DNA from: Acidobacteriota bacterium
GTDB taxonomy: Bacteria; Acidobacteriota; UBA6911; RPQK01; JADFOI01
NCBI GenBank assembly: GCA_963663035.1
Contig: OY760074.1
Location: 2,560,001 to 2,624,000 of the forward strand
Length of the DNA stretch: 64,000 bases
Direction of reading: 5' to 3'
The notes under the pieces are model-generated. The model was not told where the DNA came from. It did no database searches and saw only the letters and a list, made by a program, of their open reading frames with translations. Below are positions 10,067-19,746 of the stretch, one piece after another. Made by a program: the position numbers and the translations under genes. Positions within the stretch are counted from its first letter, which is position 1; the number at the start of each line of letters is the position of its first letter.

Positions 10067-11392
10067 ATGAACTATTTTACAGATTTTGCTTTTCAACGGC
10101 GACTCGCCTGCGCCTTGCTAATTCTGGTCCCTGCCACCTTCTCCTTGCGGGCTCAGCAGGAACTGAGGCTTCAAGAGGCCCTGGCTCAAGCCCAGAACAA
10201 TCAGCTTTACCAGGCCCGGCTTGTGCAGATAGAGGTTTTACAGGGCAAGCTGCAACAGGCGGGAAGGCGACCTAACCCGCAGATCGAGTCCGAGTTTGAA
10301 ACCGGAGCGCCGTGGGAAGACAGCAACAGTTACTTGCTTTCACTCGTGCTTTCACAGACATGGGAGCGGGGCGGCAAGAGGGATTTGCGCCAGCAGATCG
10401 CTCAAGCCGATTTGGAACAGGCAAGTCTGGAAGCAGAAGATTATATGAGGGTCTTGACCTCTAACATTCGTCTGGCCTTTGTGGAGCTGTTGCAGCTTCA
10501 AAGGCAGGTCTCACTGCTCGAGACCCACGCTGAGAGAATCGAGAGGGTTCTCCAGTTTGATCAAGTCAGGGTGCGAGAAGGTGAAATTCCTTCTCTGAAC
10601 CCTGAGTACTTGCTTGCTGAGCTGACCGAGCTGGCTGCTCAACGAGGGGAGTTCGTGACCCAGCGCTTCCAGGTTCAGTATCAACTGAACACCCTCATGG
10701 GAGCCCCGGTCGAAACTGAGTACGGGCCCGTTGAGGAGGAGCAGCACGAGATCACGCTCCCTTCCGTTGAGGAAGTCCTGCGCTTCGCCTCAAGAAACCG
10801 TTCCGACCTGAGGAAACTACGGAGTGCCATCCAGCAGGCCGATCTGGAAATCAGCATGGAAAGGGCCGTGGCAAAAAGGGATTGGGACCTCGGATTGGGG
10901 TACCATCTCACTCGCGGCGCCATGGAGAGCACTGACTTCCGTCCTCAGGGCATCATTGACTCGGCGGACGCCGGCTCCAATCTTGTCGAGCTGCGTCTCA
11001 CCATCCCCCTTTCCCTCTGGGATGACAATTCTGGAAACCTCTCCGCAGCCATGGCGGCCAAGACCGTCAGAGAGAGAGAACTGGCCTATGCAGAATCCCT
11101 GGTCCAAAGCGAAGTCCTGTCAGCCTACCAGCAGTTTCAGTTCAATCAACAGAGAGGTGAGCTGTATCGGCAAAACCTGTTGCCGAAACTCGAAGAGAAT
11201 CTGCAGCGGCTGGAAGCAGCCTACCAGTTAACCGGAGAAGAGGTCTCAGAATGGCTGGGAACTCAGCGGGAGTTCCTGTACGCAGCTTTGCAAGGTCTGC
11301 GGGCTGATTTTCATTCGAGAGAATCCGTGGTAAAATTGGAGAAAGCAATGGGTGGATCGCTTGAAGAAGTCACACTGGCACCCTCTCCTTGA
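10067..11392 (+). CDS. TolC family outer-membrane protein (CzcC-like)
   Basis: AGRRPNP, LSQTWERGGKR, NRSDL, TIPLSLWDDNSG; ATG at 10067 after GAGG. Confidence 0.88.
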   Translation: MNYFTDFAFQRRLACALLILVPATFSLRAQQELRLQEALAQAQNNQLYQARLVQIEVLQGKLQQAGRRPNPQIESEFETGAPWEDSNSYLLSLVLSQTWERGGKRDLRQQIAQADLEQASLEAEDYMRVLTSNIRLAFVELLQLQRQVSLLETHAERIERVLQFDQVRVREGEIPSLNPEYLLAELTELAAQRGEFVTQRFQVQYQLNTLMGAPVETEYGPVEEEQHEITLPSVEEVLRFASRNRSDLRKLRSAIQQADLEISMERAVAKRDWDLGLGYHLTRGAMESTDFRPQGIIDSADAGSNLVELRLTIPLSLWDDNSGNLSAAMAAKTVRERELAYAESLVQSEVLSAYQQFQFNQQRGELYRQNLLPKLEENLQRLEAAYQLTGEEVSEWLGTQREFLYAALQGLRADFHSRESVVKLEKAMGGSLEEVTLAPSP

Positions 11393-11464
11393 GAGAAATT
11401 CCTCCTTCACCCTGTCTGCCCACTGAAGGGTTGTTACTTTTTCCGTGGAAGGAGTACAGAAACG

Positions 11465-13033
11465 ATGGCGAGAAGAAGATTACTGATCCCCCTTTTTTCT
11501 CTCAGTCTTCTGGCATCTTTGACTCCAGTCTGGTCCCATGACGGAGTCATCCACGCGGACGGAGTGGAAGTCCATTTCAAGCAGGAGATTCTCACAGTCG
11601 GCCCCGACCAGCGATTTCAAGTGACCCTGGCCTATCTGCCGAATACCCCCCAAACAGGCCAGGATGTCCAATTTCTCGTCCGTCTGGAAGAAACTCTGGC
11701 TGAAGTTGACCCTTTGTTGGGTGGGCATACACCAGTTGTTCCCCAGTCTTTCAAGGTGTGGATTGAAGGAGAGCAGGGGTCGAGTCTCCCTCTGGAAGTA
11801 CGAGGGGAAGAAGAGGCTGGTGTGTACGCTTTCAATCACGACTTTGCTCGGTCAGGAGAATGGAAGCTTCTTTTTGAGTTCGAAGACACTCACCAGGTCA
11901 AGGGAACTGGGGAGTTGATCATTCCTCTGAAGAGTGCGCCGGTGAACTGGCCCTTTTTACTGTTCCAAGGGATGATCATCGTGACCTCGCTAGGCCTGGT
12001 GTTTCAGCGCTTCCGGGCTCCCACTGGGGGCTCCTTCCTGCTCTTCTCCTTGGTTGTCCTGGCCATCGGCAGCACTTCCCTGATTCTTGCGGACAGTTTT
12101 TGGCCTTCCGACGACCTGGGAACTCTGGAAATCGCAGCACTTGCTCCTCCTCCCGAGGAGCCCTCTGGCCTGGAAGACTGGAATCAGACACCTGAGGCGC
12201 TGCTTCAGGAGCCCCAGTTCGTCTCTGAGAGCCGAAACCTCGTGGGAACAGTCCGTCATGCCACCAATCGAATTATGCTGGTACGCAGTCCTTTTCCGGG
12301 GACGGTCGTTTTCCACAACGCAGTTCCCAAGATAGGTGACCGGGTAGAAGAAGGTCAGGTACTGGCCACGATCGAAAATCAATTTATTGTGCATGACTAT
12401 TCTCATCTTCTCAATCTACGCTGGGAGCTCCAGAAGGTCATCATGGAGACCAGCGAACAAAAGGTTCAAGCTGAAGCAGCCTTCCAGCGAGCAGCAAGTC
12501 TTTTGGATCTCGGTGTCATTTCGCGTCGCGAATTTGAAAGGATGGAACTGGAGTTCAACCAGGCCGACACAGAGGCTAGGATGGCACAAGAACGTCTCAG
12601 GTTACACGACACTGAACTCCGACGAAGCGATCTATACGAGACCCAGCTTCTCTCCCCCATCACCGGATTCATCAGCCGCGCGACCTATTCAGCGGGGCAA
12701 ATGATTTACGAAGACGATCCCCTATTTGAGATCGTCGACTCGTCAGTGGTGTGGGTGGAGGTCTTTGCACTTCCTCAGGACCTCGCTCAGATGGAAAGCG
12801 AGCCCGAGATCTCATTGCGTTCTCCTGTCTTGAAGCAAACCTTTACGGGTCGACTGGTCGACATCAGGCCTGATACGGAACCCAGCTCGAAAGCCCTGCG
12901 TGTGCTCTACGAGGTAACCAATCCTGACCTGTGGCTAAGACCCGGGATGCTGCTGGATGTTCATCCTCCAGTAGAGGGTGAAGACACTCAGCAAGCTGCA
13001 ACCCAACCCCTGAATCTGGAGGCGGGCAACTGA
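11465..13033 (+). CDS. Efflux membrane-fusion (adaptor) protein with extra N-terminal His-start periplasmic domain and two TM helices
   Basis: Signal then HDGVIH; YtkA-like beta domain; two TMs; MFP core (IGDRVEEGQVL, LLSPITGFI, VWVE, LRPGM). Confidence 0.8.
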   Translation: MARRRLLIPLFSLSLLASLTPVWSHDGVIHADGVEVHFKQEILTVGPDQRFQVTLAYLPNTPQTGQDVQFLVRLEETLAEVDPLLGGHTPVVPQSFKVWIEGEQGSSLPLEVRGEEEAGVYAFNHDFARSGEWKLLFEFEDTHQVKGTGELIIPLKSAPVNWPFLLFQGMIIVTSLGLVFQRFRAPTGGSFLLFSLVVLAIGSTSLILADSFWPSDDLGTLEIAALAPPPEEPSGLEDWNQTPEALLQEPQFVSESRNLVGTVRHATNRIMLVRSPFPGTVVFHNAVPKIGDRVEEGQVLATIENQFIVHDYSHLLNLRWELQKVIMETSEQKVQAEAAFQRAASLLDLGVISRREFERMELEFNQADTEARMAQERLRLHDTELRRSDLYETQLLSPITGFISRATYSAGQMIYEDDPLFEIVDSSVVWVEVFALPQDLAQMESEPEISLRSPVLKQTFTGRLVDIRPDTEPSSKALRVLYEVTNPDLWLRPGMLLDVHPPVEGEDTQQAATQPLNLEAGN

Positions 13034-13944
13034 TGAGCAAGTCCTCCTGCCAACTGAGACGCTGCTCAACATTGGGGTTCTTGGCCCTGGCCCTTCTTCT
13101 CTCTCTCACTACCAAGGAAGGGCAGGCTCAAAGCCAGGAAGGAACTGGCCCGGAAGAGATGGAGTTCAGGTCCCCGGGACAGACGCTGAGATTCCAGGGA
13201 GAGGTGGTTGCCAAGCCTGATCTGGTTATACCAGTGAAGGCCTCGATGTGGGGCAAGATTTATCTGGAAGAGGGAATTTATGAGGGTGCCAAGGTCGAAA
13301 AGGATCAACCGCTGGCCCGCACTGTGCTCGAGATGACTGCTCTGGAACGGCTGCCCCTGGAAGACCGAACTTTAGAAATTATGCTGTTTCTGGAGGTGGC
13401 CAAAGGAAAGGCGCGCCTGGCCCTGGATGACTATCAGAGGGCTGTGGAAATCAGCAAGGAGAATCCCGGTTTTGAGCAGGAAAGGGATCGGCGACAAAAA
13501 GTCTACAAAAACGCTCAAAGGGAGCTTCAAATCGTGACCCAGCAGAACACCCGGCAAACGAGTGTCATCAAAAGACGCGATCCCAGGACAGTCATGATCA
13601 ACTCCCCCATCTCCGGTTATATCGACGAAATCTATTTTGTACCGGGTGACATCAACCCCGACGGCGAGTTTCGAGAACTCTTGACCATTGTCGACCTGTC
13701 CACTGTGTGGGTTCAAGCTCAAGTTTACGAAAAGGACTTGATCACCTTCCAGAATGCTCGGGAAGCGCTGATTGTCATCCAAGCTTTCCCGGATCAGGTC
13801 TTTCGTGGCCGCTTCCAAGCCTTCGGAAGCGAGATCGACCCTCAGACCAGGACCATTTCCGTCTTTTACGAAATTCCCAATCCGGATCAAAAGCTCAAGA
13901 TCGGACTGCCCGTCCGCCTCAGTCCAATCACTGACGAAACCTAA
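13033..13944 (+). CDS. Efflux RND-type periplasmic adaptor subunit
   Basis: SPISGYI, IVDLSTVWVQAQVYEKDL, IDPQTRT, NPDQKLKIG. Confidence 0.85.
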   Translation: MSKSSCQLRRCSTLGFLALALLLSLTTKEGQAQSQEGTGPEEMEFRSPGQTLRFQGEVVAKPDLVIPVKASMWGKIYLEEGIYEGAKVEKDQPLARTVLEMTALERLPLEDRTLEIMLFLEVAKGKARLALDDYQRAVEISKENPGFEQERDRRQKVYKNAQRELQIVTQQNTRQTSVIKRRDPRTVMINSPISGYIDEIYFVPGDINPDGEFRELLTIVDLSTVWVQAQVYEKDLITFQNAREALIVIQAFPDQVFRGRFQAFGSEIDPQTRTISVFYEIPNPDQKLKIGLPVRLSPITDET

Positions 13945-13956
13945 CCTCTCTAAGAG

Positions 13957-14118
13957 AAATTCTAAATCCTAAATTCCAAACTCCAAACAAATTCCAAGCT
14001 CCAAATTCAAAATTCCAAACCAGAAGCCTGAAGTTACCCCACTTTTGTGGACAGTTTCTAGTTTGTGATTTGTGATTTGAAATTTGTTTAGGATTTGGAA
14101 TTTCTAATTTGGAGTTTG
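13957..14118. repeat. Inverted pair of degenerate heptamer (AAATTCC-like) arrays
   Basis: aaattct/aaatcct/aaattcc/aaactcc... on the left and complementary tttgtga/tttgaaa/tttggaa/tttggag on the right, between convergent genes. Confidence 0.75.
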
Positions 14119-14122
14119 CTTC

Positions 14123-15511
14123 TTAGCCTCCTTCGGTCATTGACCATGGGTCAAGAGCCTGCTCCAGTTCCTTCTCTGGCAGAACTTTCTTCTCCTGGGC
14201 GACTTCGCGGACCGTGCGGCCTGTCTGATAAGCCTCCTTGGCAATCTCAGCCGCTTTGTCATATCCAATCTTAGGGGCCAGGGAAGTCACCATGGCCAGG
14301 GATCGTTCGACCAGTTCTTCACACCGTTCGCGGTTGGCCACCAGACCATCCACGCACCGTTGGCTCAGAACGGAGCAGCCATTGCTCAGGAGCTGAATGG
14401 ACTGGAGGAGATTGTAGGCAATAACCGGCTTCATGACATTCAATTCGAAATTGCCTGACTGACCCGCGATGGAAATGGTGACATCATTCCCCATCACCTG
14501 GGCGGCAATCATAGTGACGGCCTCAGGAATGACGGGATTCACCTTGGCCGGCATAATGGAGCTTCCCGGCTGAGTGGGAGGAAGAAAAAGCTCTCCGATG
14601 CCACAGCGAGGACCGGAGCCCAGCCAGCGCAGGTCGTTGGCGATTTTCATTAAACTGCAGGCGACGGTCTTAAGCATGCCGCTGGTTTCAACAGCCGCAT
14701 CTTTACTGGCCAGCGCCTCAAACTTGTTGCTGGCCTCCCGAAAGGACACTTCAGTCCATTCTGAAAGCTTTTTAACCACCCCGCCGGCGAATTTTGGAGG
14801 GCAATTGAGACCGGTCCCCACAGCGGTGCCGCCTATGGCCAGTTCCGAGAGGGTCAAGCGCACCGACTCCACTCTTCTGATGGCGTTCTCCATCATGGAA
14901 GCGTAGGCGGAGAACTCCTGTCCCAGGCGAATGGGAACTGCGTCCTGCAGGTGAGTTCGGCCAATTTTCACAATCTCGTCAAACTCGTTAACCTTGCCCT
15001 CCAGTGAGGCGTGAAGCTGCTGGAGCGCTGGAATCAGTGTCTTCTCAATCTCCTCCAGAGCTGAGACATGAATGGCTGTGGGAATGACGTCGTTGCTCGA
15101 CTGGCCCATGTTGACGTGGTCATTGGGATGCACATCTCGGCTGCCAATTTCTCCGCCCCGAATCTGGATGGCGCGGTTGGCAATGACCTCGTTGGTGTTC
15201 ATATTGGTGGAAGTGCCAGAGCCGGTCTGGAAGATGTCTACCACAAACTGGTCATCCAGTTTGGCCTCAATCACCTCATCGGCCGCCTGGACGATGGCCG
15301 AGGCCAAGTCTTCCTCCAACAGGCCCAACTCCAGATTGGTCCGAGCGGCCGCTTTCTTGATCAGCCCCAAAGCGCGAATAAAGGGTCTTGGGAAACGCAA
15401 ATCGCTGATCGGAAAGTTCAATACGGCGCGCTGGGTTTGCGCTCCGTAGTAGCTGTCGGCTGGGACCTGCATCTCTCCCATAGAATCTTTCTCTATTCTG
15501 TACTCCGTCAT
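14123..15511 (-). CDS. fumC: Class II fumarate hydratase
   Basis: YRIEKDSMGE, YGAQTQRA, QTGSGTSTNMNTNEVI, VHPNDHVN, GRTHLQDA, GSSIMPAKVNP; start at 15511. Confidence 0.95.
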   Translation of the reverse strand: MTEYRIEKDSMGEMQVPADSYYGAQTQRAVLNFPISDLRFPRPFIRALGLIKKAAARTNLELGLLEEDLASAIVQAADEVIEAKLDDQFVVDIFQTGSGTSTNMNTNEVIANRAIQIRGGEIGSRDVHPNDHVNMGQSSNDVIPTAIHVSALEEIEKTLIPALQQLHASLEGKVNEFDEIVKIGRTHLQDAVPIRLGQEFSAYASMMENAIRRVESVRLTLSELAIGGTAVGTGLNCPPKFAGGVVKKLSEWTEVSFREASNKFEALASKDAAVETSGMLKTVACSLMKIANDLRWLGSGPRCGIGELFLPPTQPGSSIMPAKVNPVIPEAVTMIAAQVMGNDVTISIAGQSGNFELNVMKPVIAYNLLQSIQLLSNGCSVLSQRCVDGLVANRERCEELVERSLAMVTSLAPKIGYDKAAEIAKEAYQTGRTVREVAQEKKVLPEKELEQALDPWSMTEGG

Positions 15512-15572
15512 TCTGCCCTCCCTTTCCTCAAGCAAGAATAAGCCAAAATGTGTGGATTAGAAAGGATCTACC

Positions 15573-17150
15573 CGTTGCCTCACGTAAAAATCTATTCGAA
15601 AGGGTATTGGTTGCCTCATTAAAAATCTATCCGAAAGGGATTGCAGGAAGGGGTGGAAAAAAGCACCAGCCAGAGGAGTGGCAAAGTCTTGTTCAACACC
15701 CGCAGCCTGTAGCCAGAGAAAGATTTTCACATCCAGCCCGCTTCGCATCGTTTCTTCTGTTCAGGAGTCAGTTTGAGTAAAAGGCAATTCTGAAGCCAGC
15801 CGATCTGCCGTGCCAGCTGGGCCGGATTGAGCTTCTCATACTCTTGGGCTAGTTCCCGCTTGATCTTGTCCGCCACCTCAGGGGACTGGCAGATCCGCCG
15901 GTAGGGAGTTTTGGGAACATCATACGTTTTCCAGATCCGAGACCCTCGAGGTTGCTTGGCCACCATCTTCATGACCGGCTTGAAAAAGTTGATCTGCAGT
16001 CGCAGCCGATCGTACAACTCGTTGCCCAGTTCCAGTTCTCGCTCTCCCTCGTAGCGAGCATAACCCACGGCCCGCCGAACCACCGAATAGTTTTTCTGTT
16101 CCACATAAGGGTTGTCATTCTTGCGGGAGGGGCGGGTGCGGGTGAAGGTGATCTTGTGCTGCTCACAAAAACGAATCAAGTGTGGGTTGATGAACTCGCC
16201 GCCGTTGTCCGAAGCGATCCCCAGCCAGGGGAAGGGCGAGCGCTTCTGCAGGAGCTTCATGGCTTCCAGGACCCACACCTGGGCCTTATTGCGCACCGCT
16301 CGCACCTCCGTCCAGCCCGTGTACACATCCGTTACATCCAGGGTTTGACAGTAATCCCCCCGCCCTATGCCTCCCTCATGGCCCACCAGGTCCACTTCCA
16401 CAAAACCGGGGCGATCCTCTTGCCAGTCGGCGAAACGCTTGATCGGAATCTGATGTTTGAGCAGCGTCCCCGGCTTGGTCCCGGATCGCCCCTTGAGCTG
16501 ATGCTTGCGCCTCTCGGGCGCCAGCAGCCGATCGATGGTGGCGGCGCTGATCTGGATCAACCGCTCTCGTGTCCTGGCATCCACTTTCAGCTCCCCATGT
16601 CTTTCTAAAATCGGCACCACTTCCGGCAAAATGGCCACCAGACGTTTCCCACACAAATAGTCCAGTATCTTCCAGATGATCTTGAGCGCCTCCACAACTT
16701 TCTGGTCGTATTTGCGGGCCCGCTGCCCACCACCTTTCTTGCCCACATCCCCCAGAGCCACCACTTTGGGGCTCAACCAAATCCGCTTGCCCTGGTGGCG
16801 AAGCAGATAGGCCCCATAGCAGCGGTTGTATCCCGTCATCTGGGTAAACTCCGTCAGCACTTCCCCCTTCACCTTCTTGCGCTTCTTCCGGTAGCGGGGG
16901 GCAAAGCTTTTGATCAAGACACGCTTTTTGCTCATCGTTAACCTCATGGGTGCCCTCCATTCCTTCATGGAGGACACTTCTATTCCCCTGCTCAGGCCCA
17001 GGCATTTTCGAATAGATTTTTAAATGAGGCAACGAATCCCTTTCGAATAGATTTTTGATGAGGCAATTCGGCCTACGCACAGGCAATTTCGAATAGATTT
17101 TTAAATGAGGCAACGTATCTATTTCGAATAGATTTTTGATGAGGCAATTC
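15573..17150 (-). mobile_element. IS element with rve-type DDE transposase (ISNCY-type, family not assigned) and multiple end repeats
   Basis: Motif TTCGAATAGATTTTT-n-TGAGGCAA occurs 2x inverted at 15573-15639 and 4x at 17006-17150, flanking the transposase. Confidence 0.8.
15727..16977 (-). CDS. Transposase, integrase core (DDE)
   Basis: ISAATIDRLL, PGFVEVDLVGH, DVYTGW, SDNGGEFIN, RPSRKNDNPYVEQKN. Confidence 0.9.
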   Translation of the reverse strand: MSSMKEWRAPMRLTMSKKRVLIKSFAPRYRKKRKKVKGEVLTEFTQMTGYNRCYGAYLLRHQGKRIWLSPKVVALGDVGKKGGGQRARKYDQKVVEALKIIWKILDYLCGKRLVAILPEVVPILERHGELKVDARTRERLIQISAATIDRLLAPERRKHQLKGRSGTKPGTLLKHQIPIKRFADWQEDRPGFVEVDLVGHEGGIGRGDYCQTLDVTDVYTGWTEVRAVRNKAQVWVLEAMKLLQKRSPFPWLGIASDNGGEFINPHLIRFCEQHKITFTRTRPSRKNDNPYVEQKNYSVVRRAVGYARYEGERELELGNELYDRLRLQINFFKPVMKMVAKQPRGSRIWKTYDVPKTPYRRICQSPEVADKIKRELAQEYEKLNPAQLARQIGWLQNCLLLKLTPEQKKRCEAGWM

Positions 17151-17288
17151 GCGGCATTGCTTTGAAGGTCCGCAGTGAGTATCATCGGCAGAAACTGGGC
17201 ATAGACCAGCAAACGCTATTAGCCTTCAAGCGCCTGACATCCTCCCCCAGACGGAAGATCAGCGCTTCTCACAAGAAGGGAGCTTGAA

Positions 17289-19058
17289 ATGAGAAGATCG
17301 AGCCTTTTTTCAGTGCAGCGATCGGTTCAGACGTTCCTTATCGGGGCGATTCTTTTGGGGATCACGCCCGAGTTACTGGGTCACGCCCAGTTACTGCAAA
17401 CGGTGCCCCCGGCCAATGCGCGGCTCGAGCAGGCTCCCCGAAAGGTGCTGCTGCTCTTTAATGAAGGAATTGAGTCGATTTTTAATGGCGTGGTAGTACT
17501 CAACCGCAATGGCTTGCCCGTTCACAGCGGCGAAGCCACCCTGTCCCGAAACCAGCAGGAACTGTCCGTGGAGGTCAAGGACAACCTTCCAAACGGAATC
17601 TATACCGTCTCCTGGCGAGCCACTTCCTCTGATGGCCATCAAATTGGGGGCAACTTCGGTTTTTCAGTGGGAGAGGAATTTCAGGCCTCGGGGATGGTTG
17701 CCGTCCCCTCCGAAGGCGGGGAAGACTGGCCTGCCTTCTCGATGGCAGCTAACAGATGGCTCTATTTTCTGGCCAGTATGATGTTCGTTGGAGGCTTCAC
17801 CTTTGGGGCCCTCATCCTTGTCCCTGTGATCAAGCACCCCACATTGGAGATCCCGGCCGAAGTCTTGACTGGGGTGCGGCGCCTCTTTCTCCGTTTCTTT
17901 TCCTGGAGTTGGGTCGTGCTCCTGGTAACAGCCTTTCTCAATCTACTGTTCAAGGCGGCGGCCATGGCCGACTCCAGCCTACTGGAGGCCGCCGATCGGG
18001 ACATCCTGGCAGCCGTCATCTCCTTCACTCAGTACGGACGCATGTGGGCCGCTGGAATGGTACTGATCGTCGCTTCCGGAATTTTGTTTTTTCTGTATCG
18101 ACGCATCTGGACGGCTCCAGAGGATCTTTCCAAAAGTACCCTCTTGCTGTACCTGGGAGCAGCACTGGGTGCCCTGATGCTCTTTACGGTATCCAACTCG
18201 GGACACGCAGCGGCCGAAACCGAGTGGAGAGCACTTGCCTTAGGGGCCGACGCGCTTCATCTCGTGGCCACGGCCATGTGGGTCGGTGGTCTGGTTTATA
18301 TGGTGCTTTTCATGAGATCACTCTCGGCAGCAGAAGCGAGCCTGCGGGCTCAAGTACTGGGTGAGGTCATTCCACAGTTTTCTCGGATGGCACAGTACTG
18401 TGTGATTACCATCGTGCTCACGGGCCTGTATGCAACCTGGCTTCATATGCCCTCCTGGTCCTCATTTGTGACCACCTGGTACGGGTGGACACTTCTCACA
18501 AAACTCCTCCTGGTCCTCCCGCTCCTGGCCATAGGAGCGATGAACCTCCTGATCATCAAGCCGCAACTGAGACAGAATCTCCTCGAGCAGGGCGAAAAAG
18601 CTTTGGAAGCCACCTCTGCAGTGCTGAACCGCTTTCGTCCTCTGGTTCAGGCCGAGGTGGCCCTGGGTGTGGCTATCCTTTTGGTGGTGACGGTCCTAAC
18701 CAACATATCTCCTGCGGCCACGGCGACTTCCGGTGGGCCAGTCATGGTATCCAACGGCACCGATTTTGACATCATTTTGGAGATCGCACCCAATCAGATC
18801 GGACACAATATCGTCCAGATCCTAATTAAGGACCAGGAAGGAAACTCCGTCAGCAATCTGGGTAGTGTTCTTCTGGATGTCAATATGACCGACATGGACA
18901 TGCCCTGGCAGCGGCTCGAGGCCAGCCCCCGGGAGGACGGTTCCTATGAGGCGGAAGCCGTCCTGGGCATGGCTGGGAATTGGAGGGTCAACGTTCGAGT
19001 CACGGAGGAGGGTTCCTCCCAGCAGCAGTCCGCCGTCTTCGACAACTATATTCCTTAG
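17289..19058 (+). CDS. CopC-CopD (YcnJ-like) copper import protein with C-terminal YtkA/FixH-like domain
   Basis: Signal then HAQLLQTVP...SSDGH (CopC); multi-TM domain with SGHAAA, DALHLVATAMWVGGL, TWYG (CopD); MTDMDM and GMAGNW (YtkA-like). Confidence 0.92.
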   Translation: MRRSSLFSVQRSVQTFLIGAILLGITPELLGHAQLLQTVPPANARLEQAPRKVLLLFNEGIESIFNGVVVLNRNGLPVHSGEATLSRNQQELSVEVKDNLPNGIYTVSWRATSSDGHQIGGNFGFSVGEEFQASGMVAVPSEGGEDWPAFSMAANRWLYFLASMMFVGGFTFGALILVPVIKHPTLEIPAEVLTGVRRLFLRFFSWSWVVLLVTAFLNLLFKAAAMADSSLLEAADRDILAAVISFTQYGRMWAAGMVLIVASGILFFLYRRIWTAPEDLSKSTLLLYLGAALGALMLFTVSNSGHAAAETEWRALALGADALHLVATAMWVGGLVYMVLFMRSLSAAEASLRAQVLGEVIPQFSRMAQYCVITIVLTGLYATWLHMPSWSSFVTTWYGWTLLTKLLLVLPLLAIGAMNLLIIKPQLRQNLLEQGEKALEATSAVLNRFRPLVQAEVALGVAILLVVTVLTNISPAATATSGGPVMVSNGTDFDIILEIAPNQIGHNIVQILIKDQEGNSVSNLGSVLLDVNMTDMDMPWQRLEASPREDGSYEAEAVLGMAGNWRVNVRVTEEGSSQQQSAVFDNYIP

Positions 19059-19115
19059 CGCTAGCCGCTCTGAAGATTCGGCACCTGAGGTGCCTCCCAC
19101 GCTACAGCGCGGCCG

Positions 19116-19706
19116 CTAGCCGTTGTGGTTGTTCCTTCTATTGACGACCAACACCAAACCTGCCCCGATCAGACCTCCAAATAGCCCGCTCAATCCCAGG
19201 TAGTAGGGCATGCTCGGCTCTCCCTCTGCTCCTTCAGTCAGCATAATTACGGGAGCAGGTTTCTCCACACCTTCCTCACTGCGGTCTTCTATCCAGGCCA
19301 CCACACTACCGTCGGAATACTTCTGGTAGGCCTTGATCTGCTGCCCTCCAGTCAGCTCGGGCATGGTCATGATCAGATTGAACTGGATAAAGGTATAATC
19401 GGGAGCCGCAGCTCCGGACCAGGTGACGCTTTGAATCCAGTTGTCCTGATCCCTTTCAATGGCCACATCCCAGAGTGGATCCAGTTCGACCTTGTCCACC
19501 TGGCCTCCGGCTTCCTTCCATTCCGGTGGAATGAGGATCTTCAACTCCACCGTGGGGATGTCCTTCTCAACCGGAGCTCTAACCGAAAAGGTCACATGGC
19601 GCGCTCCGGAAACGGCCCGTCTGGGCTGGAGCCCCACATGGGCAAACGCCTGAGCAGCGAAGAAACCTCCTACGGCTAACAAACAAGCACAGTGTCTTAA
19701 TCTCAT
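19116..19706 (-). CDS. YcnI family (DUF1775) copper-binding protein, paralogue 1
   Basis: AFA-HV signal cleavage, RAPVEKDIP, YQKYSDGSVVAW, C-terminal TM. Confidence 0.88.
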   Translation of the reverse strand: MRLRHCACLLAVGGFFAAQAFAHVGLQPRRAVSGARHVTFSVRAPVEKDIPTVELKILIPPEWKEAGGQVDKVELDPLWDVAIERDQDNWIQSVTWSGAAAPDYTFIQFNLIMTMPELTGGQQIKAYQKYSDGSVVAWIEDRSEEGVEKPAPVIMLTEGAEGEPSMPYYLGLSGLFGGLIGAGLVLVVNRRNNHNG

Positions 19707-19746
19707 TTTGCCCTCCTAGTGATCATAAAACCCATTCTACTGGATA

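Noticed and set aside
17006-17150. Four ~26-bp repeats resembling a mini CRISPR array
   Set aside because: Spacers are only ~8-20 bp, inverted copies lie at the other end of a transposase, and no cas genes are present; these are IS ends
16376-17212. 278-aa ORF with repeated NCLIKNLFE
   Set aside because: Translation of the IS end repeats overlapping the transposase out of frame
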